Positions 30,767 through 38,378 of a DNA stretch of 64,000 bases are shown in pieces. The stretch is from a virus. How positions within the stretch are numbered: the stretch's first letter is position 1; the number at the start of each line of letters is the position of its first letter. Below the pieces are notes generated by a model. It did not search any database and was not told the origin of the DNA. It saw only the letters and a program-made list of their open reading frames with translations. A program made the position numbers and the translations under genes. The stretch is from the IMG/VR virus record IMGVR_UViG_3300045988_103180; one strand, 5' to 3'.

Positions 30767-31240
30767 CTAACGCGCCTTGTAAACATAAAGAACGTTAGTA
30801 CCGTTCGACTTGAACACCATCGTATCCACCTCAAAGACCTTAGCCTTAATCAGACGGTCGAAGAACTCTTTGAGAGTGTTGCGCGTATCTTTATTATCAA
30901 GCGTAACATAGGTGTTACCGCTATACCAATCACGAACCTTGTTAGTTTTGATAGCTCCAGAACGACCGCACAAATCGGAGAACGTGAACCATTCATCACG
31001 GTTTGCATTGAGAAACGCAACAAGCAGGTCAAGAGCATCCGCATGAGCATCGCTAATTTCGGTAGGCGCGGTACCAACCAAACCAGAAGTACCAACCGCC
31101 GCACGGTAAAGTGCATCGAAAGCCTCGTCTGAAAGCTCAACGCCCGTGGCAAGTACGCGCGTCTTGGTGGTGTTGTACTTGTCGGTGTGAGCCTGAGCCG
31201 CGAGACCGAGAGCCTTGTTGTAATTCTGAGCGTTAGACAT
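30767..31240 (-). CDS. hypothetical protein
   Basis: Start trimmed to ATG 31240 behind GGAGTTAGCAATG leader; island promoter 31315..31343. Confidence 0.7.
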   Translation of the reverse strand: MSNAQNYNKALGLAAQAHTDKYNTTKTRVLATGVELSDEAFDALYRAAVGTSGLVGTAPTEISDAHADALDLLVAFLNANRDEWFTFSDLCGRSGAIKTNKVRDWYSGNTYVTLDNKDTRNTLKEFFDRLIKAKVFEVDTMVFKSNGTNVLYVYKAR

Positions 31241-31314
31241 TGCTAACTCCATTCTATCCCCGTTCGGGCGTGTAACTACCTGTTACTCTTACGCCCTCGC
31301 CTTTGGACAACTAT

Positions 31315-31343
31315 TATTATGCGGTAAGTTGCCTAGTTTGGCA
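31315..31343 (-). promoter_or_regulatory. island minus-strand promoter (gene 30767..31240)
   Basis: minus strand TTGCCA-17-CATAAT followed by AGTTGTCCAAAGG leader box. Confidence 0.55.
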
Positions 31344-31610
31344 AGTATCAATTTGCCGCACACAATTCCTCCATAAGTCTCCTGGTCTAACCCTTTAGTG
31401 TAACATAAGTCAAGTGAAAAGTCAAACCGTGAGAGCGTGAATGCGCGAATACACAGAAAAAACAACTCTATCAAGTTGTGACCACTAATTCATAATTTTT
31501 TGCCCTTGCAAGCCCACAGAATCGCCTACAAGGTGCCATTTGGTAAAATGCCTACGCGCATAGGTACGACCAAAAGAGCCAAAATAAAAGGCTCCCACGG
31601 GAGCCTTTAG

Positions 31611-31793
31611 TTAATGCGCCAAAGCGACAAATACCACGTTGCCGCCCTCGTCTACGACCGCGCACGTTGTACGTTCGCATTCAGCTATCGCTCGCGCCCT
31701 TGCCTTATGCGCCGCAAGTGAAGCGCTCGAATCGTAGCCCGTACATTTGTCAATGCTAAAATCTTTGGCATTGTCACGCTTGAGGTAGTACAT
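31611..31793 (-). CDS. hypothetical small protein
   Basis: 60 aa; leader caagagaagggatag; terminator 31587..31608 downstream. Confidence 0.5.
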   Translation of the reverse strand: MYYLKRDNAKDFSIDKCTGYDSSASLAAHKARARAIAECERTTCAVVDEGGNVVFVALAH

Positions 31794-31896
31794 TATTCTA
31801 TCCCTTCTCTTGATTTACGACCTAAGTATAACACCTTTGCACGCGATAGCGCCCGACAATCTTAAAAAGTTTTTTCATGTTTTTTCAGATTGACGC

Positions 31897-31925
31897 TTGA
31901 CAGAAAAATCGCCCTATCCTATTAT
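31897..31925 (+). promoter_or_regulatory. island plus-strand promoter with no downstream gene
   Basis: TTGACA-17-TATTAT; terminator 31979..32005 about 55 nt downstream. Confidence 0.5.
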
Positions 31926-32002
31926 TATTATTAAGCTAGAGGACTGTGCATTTTTTGAGTTAGTTGGTCAAAGAAAAACCCACCCTTGCGGGTGGGCTTC
32001 TT

Positions 32003-32116
32003 TTATTCGTCCTCGTCCTCAAGATAGAAGTCGCACGGCTCGTCAGGATAGTAGGCTTCAAGCTCGTCAATGTAGTCAGAGAAGTACGGGCTGTTGGGGT
32101 TCATGGTTTCAAACAT
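32003..32116 (-). CDS. very small acidic protein (37 aa)
   Basis: Hand-translated MFETMNPNSPYFSDYIDELEAYYPDEPCDFYLEDEDE; promoter 32155..32182, AAAGGA SD. Confidence 0.35.
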   Translation of the reverse strand: MFETMNPNSPYFSDYIDELEAYYPDEPCDFYLEDEDE

Positions 32117-32154
32117 TGCAAGTCCTTTCTGTTCCTTGCTTGCTTACAGCTATT

Positions 32155-32182
32155 ATTATACACGCTTTGCGTGTGAGCGCAA
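32155..32182 (-). promoter_or_regulatory. island minus-strand promoter (small ORF 32003..32116)
   Basis: minus strand TTGCGC-16-TATAAT. Confidence 0.5.
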
Positions 32183-32249
32183 GCGAAAAACCTAACTATT
32201 TTGGGATAAAATTATTTTTATTTTTCTCAAGTTTTTTTCGATTTAACGC

Positions 32250-32278
32250 TTGACAAACGTTTTGCGCTCGTGTATAAT
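32250..32278 (+). promoter_or_regulatory. island plus-strand promoter with no credible downstream gene
   Basis: TTGACA-17-TATAAT then CCAACTATGG (32286..32295), palindrome 32320..32333 and terminator 32411..32444. Confidence 0.55.
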
Positions 32279-32410
32279 TTTGAACCCAACTATGGGCTTT
32301 TGGTTTGGCGCTTCTTAACGTTTCACGTGAAACATTCGCCGCACGTGTGAATGTGTTAACCATGAGACAAAAGATAAAGCACTTGCGGCAAATGCTTAAT
32401 AGATAATAAT

Positions 32411-32444
32411 AAAGGCGTTACCTTTTTGTTTGGGTAACGCCTTT
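32411..32444. terminator. bidirectional terminator hairpin
   Basis: AAAGGCGTTACC-loop-GGTAACGCCTTT. Confidence 0.6.
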
Positions 32445-32448
32445 AGTT

Positions 32449-32754
32449 TTATTTACAAAGCAAACGTGTAAACGCTACCTCGAAGATGTAGTGAACAATT
32501 GCATCCAGCTCTTTATCAGAAATATAATACTGGTCACTTAGAAACATTTTAGAGTCGATGCCACGCTCTTTCATGAGTTTATCACTATAATACCAACCAA
32601 AATAGAACTTTAACGCTGCCCACAAGTCACCTCTAATGGTACTAGCGTTTTGGCTATAGTCGTGCTTATAGACTGCCGCAGCTACATACATGGCATCTTC
32701 AAAAGTAAAAGAAACTTCTTTGCGACCAACCGTGGTAATAGTAAAGTCGTGCAT
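32449..32754 (-). CDS. hypothetical protein
   Basis: Start trimmed to ATG 32754 behind ccaagagaagggtccaaag. Confidence 0.6.
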   Translation of the reverse strand: MHDFTITTVGRKEVSFTFEDAMYVAAAVYKHDYSQNASTIRGDLWAALKFYFGWYYSDKLMKERGIDSKMFLSDQYYISDKELDAIVHYIFEVAFTRLLCK

Positions 32755-32942
32755 CTTTGGACCCTTCTCTTGGTTGCTTTCCTTACTGAAAGTATAACAC
32801 TTTGACCGCATGGGTGCAATTAAAAAGTTTGATTATTTATGTTGATATTAACATTTGCGTCTCTTGGATTGTGGAGCAATACCTAATCGCGCATAGCAAA
32901 AAGGCGCTACACCTTTACAAGTGTAACGCCTTATTCTTTGGT

Positions 32943-33236
32943 CTACTGGATTATAACGTTTATCTTGTCAAGTATCTCAAGTGTGAGAAACTTTTCATCC
33001 TCGGCATTAACGCATGTATAATCTACTTCTTTACCTACAAATACATCATTTGCCAAACGGTTTACAAGATAGAACTCTAGCTCGCAATTAGCAATACCGT
33101 AAATATCGCTAGCAGTGTAGCGCCGGAATTGTTTGCTAACATAGTTTGTGACCTTCTTTGCAACATCAGCAAGGTCATTATCTGGAATGCTAAAGCGGTA
33201 ACCGTTCTCAAGGTAAATAGTATGCACGAAACTCAT
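32943..33236 (-). CDS. hypothetical protein
   Basis: 97 aa; leader ccaatagaaaggttgcaatt. Confidence 0.65.
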   Translation of the reverse strand: MSFVHTIYLENGYRFSIPDNDLADVAKKVTNYVSKQFRRYTASDIYGIANCELEFYLVNRLANDVFVGKEVDYTCVNAEDEKFLTLEILDKINVIIQ

Positions 33237-33569
33237 AATTGCAACCTTTCTATTGGTCGGTCGGTTTTCTTGGCTCTAAGTGTAACACAATGAAACGTTA
33301 TAGGCAATTGGGAATTGTAGGCCGTGGGCGATATAGGCCAAAATCACGAGATTTTTGCCACATGGACGCGTGGCAAGGCAAAGTCCCAACCACGGAATTA
33401 CCGACACCCCGAACGCTTATTCGATGTTGATACGTCAACAACCGAACGCCTGTTCGGGTCCAGGTGGCTAGCACTTTTTTCTTGTGTTGTCAAGCCAGAT
33501 TCATCAATTCATCAAAAAAACATAATTTAAGTTAGTGGGATCACCTTCCTGTGTTTTTGGTTGCCATAT

Positions 33570-33597
33570 CTAAAAAAACGGACCGGGGTTTTAACCC
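33570..33597 (-). terminator. terminator for 33611..33916
   Basis: GGACCGGGG-TTTTAA-CCCCGGTCC with A7 on the plus strand (T7 on minus). Confidence 0.7.
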
Positions 33598-33610
33598 CGG
33601 TCCATGTTGG

Positions 33611-33916
33611 TTATCTGTCTATGCGAGCAATGTCTAACCCGGCATCTGCTAGCCCGTCAACGTATGACGTGAGGTCGCGGACGGCCTCATAATATGCCGG
33701 CTCTTGCATCCCCCGACCTAGATACCAGCCGTTGCGTAGGTCATGTAGCAGGTCGCGCGGGTCTTCATAGGTGTCGTCATAAACTTCAGCGCGCTCATTG
33801 TTCACCAGCTGTACCAACAATGTAAACTCAGCAACGCCGTCACGAACGCGCGAGATGATACAAAAACGCTGTACGTAGTTGGTTAGCTTGACGCTGTCAT
33901 AGTTCATGAAATACAT
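33611..33916 (-). CDS. hypothetical protein (GC-rich gene)
   Basis: 101 aa; GGAGGG SD; promoter 33972..34000; terminator 33570..33597. Confidence 0.65.
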   Translation of the reverse strand: MYFMNYDSVKLTNYVQRFCIISRVRDGVAEFTLLVQLVNNERAEVYDDTYEDPRDLLHDLRNGWYLGRGMQEPAYYEAVRDLTSYVDGLADAGLDIARIDR

Positions 33917-33971
33917 CTGGCCCTCCAGACCCTTGGCGTACGGGCGACCCTATGCCCCCGCTACGCTGTTT

Positions 33972-34000
33972 AGTATAAGTTAAAACTCGTCTGCTGTCTA
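33972..34000 (-). promoter_or_regulatory. island minus-strand promoter (gene 33611..33916)
   Basis: minus strand TAGACA-17-TATACT. Confidence 0.5.
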
Positions 34001-34013
34001 GCTAGATTATCTA

Positions 34014-34042
34014 TTGCATCTAAAAAAGTTTTGTCTTATACT
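34014..34042 (+). promoter_or_regulatory. island promoter for 34088..34727
   Basis: TTGCAT-17-TATACT, divergent with 33972..34000. Confidence 0.55.
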
Positions 34043-34087
34043 ATCCATGTCGGGCAATACCGCCCGCCTGTTTGTTTGGAGTTAGCA

Positions 34088-34327
34088 ATGGAGTTCAAGC
34101 ACGCTAATACAGGTGAAGTTATCATCGCTGCCCTGCTGGTTATTGTCATCGCCCTGCTTGCCGTTGTGCTGGCGTCAATCCCGCGCCCGCATACGTGCGG
34201 CAGGTGCGGCGCTCAGGCGTACGACGTGTACACCGTCCACGCAGACACAGACGATGGTTTGCTAGACGTGTGTCCCACGTGCTACGCAGAAGCCCGCATT
34301 AATGATTATCAGCTTGGCATCGAGTAG
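34088..34327 (+). CDS. small membrane-anchored zinc-ribbon protein
   Basis: Trimmed to ATG 34088 behind GGAGTTAGCAATG; TM IIAALLVIVIALLAVVLA then CGRCG...CPTC. Confidence 0.6.
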   Translation: MEFKHANTGEVIIAALLVIVIALLAVVLASIPRPHTCGRCGAQAYDVYTVHADTDDGLLDVCPTCYAEARINDYQLGIE

Positions 34328-34358
34328 TTAGTAATCATTCCTAAAAAGGAGTTTTAAA

Positions 34359-34727
34359 ATGAAAAAGTCAACCGTTCGCCTGCTCGCCCGTTCCGCTCGC
34401 CCTGTATGCATCGCTCGCACGTCCACCAACGCAGGCCACATTTTAGCCGTCTGTGCTGCCGCTCATGGTGACGTTTTGACGCTCAAGGCCACTAGGGACG
34501 GGCAGGCCGTCCGCGCGCTTTCAGTGGCGTTTGAGGGCCGTAAACCTGTTACTGATAGCGCTGTGTCCGCTATCGCCGCGCGTCTAGTTAACGACCTCGA
34601 AGGTTACGACCGTGACGCCATGGAGACGTTCGCGGACGCGCTTGTAAGCGGTTGGGAGTTCGACTACAGCGCGCACGTGGGCGCGGCGCTCGACCGAATC
34701 GCGGCGGCTAGACTGCTGACGCGCTAG
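34359..34727 (+). CDS. hypothetical protein (Ala/Arg-rich, GC-rich gene)
   Basis: 122 aa; AAAAGGAG SD; followed by the C10/G8 hairpin. Confidence 0.6.
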   Translation: MKKSTVRLLARSARPVCIARTSTNAGHILAVCAAAHGDVLTLKATRDGQAVRALSVAFEGRKPVTDSAVSAIAARLVNDLEGYDRDAMETFADALVSGWEFDYSAHVGAALDRIAAARLLTR

Positions 34728-34735
34728 TGGGTCAG

Positions 34736-34757
34736 CCCCCCCCCCATAAGGGGGGGG
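34736..34757 (+). terminator. C10-ATAA-G8 homopolymer hairpin
   Basis: Run of 10 C, ATAA, run of 8 G immediately after the stop of 34359..34727; no T-run. Confidence 0.4.
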
Positions 34758-34976
34758 TGTTTCCGGCGTTGCCATGTTTTTTTCCATGGTACGCCCCGTC
34801 CTGCACAAATTACCGACCTCAGTTATTTTTTGAAATACCATAATACGACTTTGCGCTAAGCTCCGTATTATGAGGATTTTCGCAGACCGCAATAAACCTA
34901 TCACTTTCCTCTTCATTCTCTCTATTGGCCTTCTTGACATTTCCGATTACGGCATTAAAAAATTTTCACGAAATTA

Positions 34977-35005
34977 TTGAAAAGCACTGAATCTTTTGCT
35001 ATAAT
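34977..35005 (+). promoter_or_regulatory. early-class promoter driving an ORF-less transcript
   Basis: TTGAAA-17-TATAATata. Confidence 0.6.
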
Positions 35006-35011
35006 ATATAC

Positions 35012-35340
35012 AAAACTAACTATAGCGCCGTTCCCAGTCGGCTTAGGAGCTATCCTAAATCAAAAAACCCCAATGAGGTGAATAACTGGGTTTTAAACGT
35101 TGCAGATTTATTCTGTCGTGAGAAGTATGGATGTACCCTCACTTGCAGCAGAATGTTTCTGTAACCAAGCGGTCTTGCGTTGGTTTATTAGTTTACATGA
35201 GACGAACGGTATCTCTGCCGTGCCGCATACAGAGGGGATAGGATACTCTTAGAAAAGTAGCACAACCAATAGGTTCCATGCAAGGGGAGAGTGAGCATGG
35301 GTAATAGTGCGGAATTTTCTATACATCTTTATAGGTACAT
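35012..35340 (+). ncRNA. candidate structured ncRNA upstream of the late module
   Basis: Early-type promoter 34977..35005 followed by over 300 nt with nested helices (ATTCTG..GTGAG/CTCAC..CAGAAT, CCATGC/GCATGG) and no ORF with an SD. Confidence 0.4.
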
Positions 35341-35641
35341 CTCTATAGATTTTAGTTATAGGCGATATGCGATGTCCGTTACTATGTAACGTTCATCGCT
35401 ATAAACTTTCGCTGCGCTCAAGTTTTCCAAGAGAAAAAACAAATAGTATAGTGTTGGCGCCCGCGACATATAGCGGAGCGCCGACCTATAACCGCACAAA
35501 ATAAATGTAATCATTTTAGGCGAACGAGCTTGCGAGTGTAGCCATTTTATGGGCAAAAAACAGTAATTTAATTTGTCGCATCCTTAAATATAATATACAT
35601 AGAAAAATTTTTAAAATATTTAAAATTTTTCCTTGACAGAC

Positions 35642-35670
35642 TTGCTCTTCATGCTCTTTTGTGGTATAAT
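35642..35670 (+). promoter_or_regulatory. promoter of the late/structural gene string
   Basis: TTGCTC-17-TATAATata; a TTGACA lies 9 nt further upstream. Confidence 0.55.
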
Positions 35671-35712
35671 ATAAATGCAATAAAACCGATAGAGAAGGAG
35701 AAGTAAAAAAAT

Positions 35713-36801
35713 ATGGCACTTGATTACACATTGAAGACACAGGAAGAACGACTTGAATGTGTGCGGGAAACCATTGCAACCACTTCTCAAGAGAAATTAG
35801 ATGCAAATTATCTGCGTGTAATGACAGATTATCTGCTTTTTGCCGCAGACAGAAATCAAACCAAAAAGGAAAAGAAAAAAGAACGCAGTATTATTACAAA
35901 GAATAGAGAAGCAACCGTAAACAAACGACAGATTTCTTTGGAGGAAATGGTTGAGAATATGGAAAATGGCGAGGATGGCATCTATGCGCTCGTCAACAAT
36001 GATAAAAATCAAATACTAGACAATAAAGATAGTATCTCAGAAGAAGACCTAGAGAATATTCCTGGTATGCGGGAATTCGATTCAATTATCACATCACTCA
36101 AACGACAATTTCTTTCTGCTACTGGAAAGCAACGTTATTATCTGAAAAAACAAATTATCGAGACATATCAGCAGATGTACCTGTTAAAACAGTCTGTCAA
36201 GGGCTGGCCTGCCAAGTCAAAGGTTTCAGCACAGCTAAAGAACATGGCACATATGGACTTATCTGAGAAAATTTATTTCGATTCACGTGGATACCCAGTA
36301 TCTAATGGAGTTATCTCGTTGTTCAATCCAGTTCATATTTCATTCCTACTTACATACTATTCATCAATTAAACAGGAGTGCTATACTGACCTCAATTGCG
36401 ATATGCACTGGGAGCTTTTAGACTTTGAGAATTTAATTGAACAGACATTTAAATCTAAAGACCAAACAACCGCTATGTTATATGACCTTTTGATATGGAA
36501 GATTGACGGCAAATCAAACGACGAGATATGCGGCATGATGGAGAAGGAGTATGGCGTTTCGCATACCGCGCAATATTTCTCAACGCTATGGCGCAAAAAG
36601 ATTCCAAAGATGATTGCGGAACAGGCTCAAAAGAATTATGTTATGTGGTATTACACAAATGTGGAATATGGGCAATGGAAAAAATGCGGCAAATGCGGAA
36701 AGACCAAATTGGCACATCCTTTATTCTTCTCAAAGAATAATTCCGCGAAAGATGGCTTTTATTCTACATGCCGCGAATGCCGCAAATCTAAAAAGAAATA
36801 A
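35713..36801 (+). CDS. hypothetical protein with C-terminal zinc ribbon
   Basis: 362 aa; promoter 35642..35670, GAAGGAG SD; C-terminus CGKCGKTK..F..(17)..CRECRK. Confidence 0.7.
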   Translation: MALDYTLKTQEERLECVRETIATTSQEKLDANYLRVMTDYLLFAADRNQTKKEKKKERSIITKNREATVNKRQISLEEMVENMENGEDGIYALVNNDKNQILDNKDSISEEDLENIPGMREFDSIITSLKRQFLSATGKQRYYLKKQIIETYQQMYLLKQSVKGWPAKSKVSAQLKNMAHMDLSEKIYFDSRGYPVSNGVISLFNPVHISFLLTYYSSIKQECYTDLNCDMHWELLDFENLIEQTFKSKDQTTAMLYDLLIWKIDGKSNDEICGMMEKEYGVSHTAQYFSTLWRKKIPKMIAEQAQKNYVMWYYTNVEYGQWKKCGKCGKTKLAHPLFFSKNNSAKDGFYSTCRECRKSKKK

Positions 36802-36863
36802 TATTCTAGCCCACTTCTTCCTTCTATTGGTTGGAGTGGGTTTATTATATAGAAAGGAGATTT

Positions 36864-38378
36864 ATGGCAGACGTACCTATGAAAACATGCGCGAAATGCG
36901 GAAAAACTAAAAAAGAAACTGATTTTTATAAGATACCTAATACAGATGAAAGATGTGACCTTTGCAAGACTTGCTTGACAATGTATATTGATAATCGCCG
37001 CCCAGATACCTTCAAATGGATTTTAAAGAAAATGGACGTTCCGTATATTGAGAAGAAATGGGTTGAACTTGCAAACAAAAGCTACATGAAGAATCCAGCT
37101 ACTTTTGGTCCAATGTCAGTTATCGGAACTTATCTTCGTACTATGAATATGGACCAGTATAATAATTTGAAATATGCTGATTCTGAAAAAATAAATAATG
37201 AGAAATTCCAGCAGGCTAAGAAAGAGCAACAGAACATTAAAGGCACATCCTACGATGAAGAATTTGAAAACAGACTCCTAGAGAGCCTTAAAGCTGGTGA
37301 GATTTCACAAGCTGAATATAATACAATGAGTCGAAAAAGTGTCCTAGACCGTATTAATGAGAAGATGCGGCAAGGCGAGGAAGAGGTTGCTAGCAATCCT
37401 GATAGCGTGCTTGATAACAAGGAACTTGAAGTTCCAGAGAATACAGTTGATTCAGATGAAATCAAAAAAAACGCAGACGTTATCAGTGCGGCTAAAGATG
37501 TTGAGCAGGAGTTTTTAGCAAAAAAAGCTGAGGAAAAAAAGAAAAAAAAGCAACCAAAAGAAGCAGAAGAGTCTGAGCCACAAGTGCTTGACCTTATGCC
37601 TGACGTTGCTTCTTCTCTTGGCGTAAACCCAGTAGAGAATATTAGTAATGCGCCACTAGATATTACTGGTGAAATGCAAAATGACTTTATTCCAGATGTT
37701 GCGCGAATTGATGAAGCGCAAATTACAGAAAGTCTTACAGAAGACGATATTAAATATCTTTCTCTTAAATGGGGTCTTTTATATAAACCATCTGAATGGG
37801 TTAAGATGGAAGAATTATACCGGAAGTATGCGGCGGATTATGAGTTATCTACAGACCGTGAACAAGTATTGAAAAATATCTGTAAGACCGATTTAAAGAT
37901 GAATCAAGCCCTAGACATAGGTGACATTAAGACATTTAAAGACCTACAGGGAGCCAATGACATGTTGCGTAAGTCAGGTAAATTCACTGATAGCCAAAAG
38001 CAGGAAGAGAAGAAGAGAGACATTGACTCGATTGGTGAGCTGGTTGCATTTGTAGAATCTAAAGGTGGAATTATCCCAAGAAAAGATGACCCAATCAATG
38101 TGCCGCAAGACAAGATTGATTTTATCATCAACGATATGAAGAACTATACTGACAATCTCGTAAAGAACGAGCTTGGCCTAGGTAATCTTATTGAGTCTTA
38201 TATTAAGAAACTTGAAGAGAATAAGGCCAAGAGTGTAGACGAAATTATTGCAGAGGGCATCAAAACCGATGAAGATAACGCGGTTACTGATGAAGAAGCT
38301 GCGGACTTCCAGCAATTCCAAATTGAAGAACGCGAGGAAGAAGCTAAGAGATTGGCAGAGCAGTATGGCGCTGAGTAA
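36864..38378 (+). CDS. zinc-ribbon protein with acidic coiled-coil, possible small terminase/DNA-recognition partner
   Basis: Trimmed to ATG 36864 behind AAAGGAG; N-terminus CAKCGKTK..F..CDLCKTC; function guessed from position before the large terminase. Confidence 0.65.
   Translation: MADVPMKTCAKCGKTKKETDFYKIPNTDERCDLCKTCLTMYIDNRRPDTFKWILKKMDVPYIEKKWVELANKSYMKNPATFGPMSVIGTYLRTMNMDQYNNLKYADSEKINNEKFQQAKKEQQNIKGTSYDEEFENRLLESLKAGEISQAEYNTMSRKSVLDRINEKMRQGEEEVASNPDSVLDNKELEVPENTVDSDEIKKNADVISAAKDVEQEFLAKKAEEKKKKKQPKEAEESEPQVLDLMPDVASSLGVNPVENISNAPLDITGEMQNDFIPDVARIDEAQITESLTEDDIKYLSLKWGLLYKPSEWVKMEELYRKYAADYELSTDREQVLKNICKTDLKMNQALDIGDIKTFKDLQGANDMLRKSGKFTDSQKQEEKKRDIDSIGELVAFVESKGGIIPRKDDPINVPQDKIDFIINDMKNYTDNLVKNELGLGNLIESYIKKLEENKAKSVDEIIAEGIKTDEDNAVTDEEAADFQQFQIEEREEEAKRLAEQYGAE

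Noticed and set aside
31897-32253. 118-aa plus-strand ORF (and nested 31964..32176) downstream of promoter 31897..31925
   Set aside because: It crosses a terminator hairpin and the minus-strand small ORF with its promoter. It lacks an SD and its composition is not protein-like.
33239-33530. Plus-strand ORFs 33239..33430 and 33324..33530
   Set aside because: This GC-rich stretch is more likely the long 5' UTR/promoter region of the minus-strand gene 32943..33236. There is no SD and the two ORFs overlap each other.
35356-35806. Minus-strand ORFs 35356..35556 and 35516..35806
   Set aside because: They have no SD and run against the flow of all neighbouring late genes. The second overlaps the late promoter and the start of 35713..36801.
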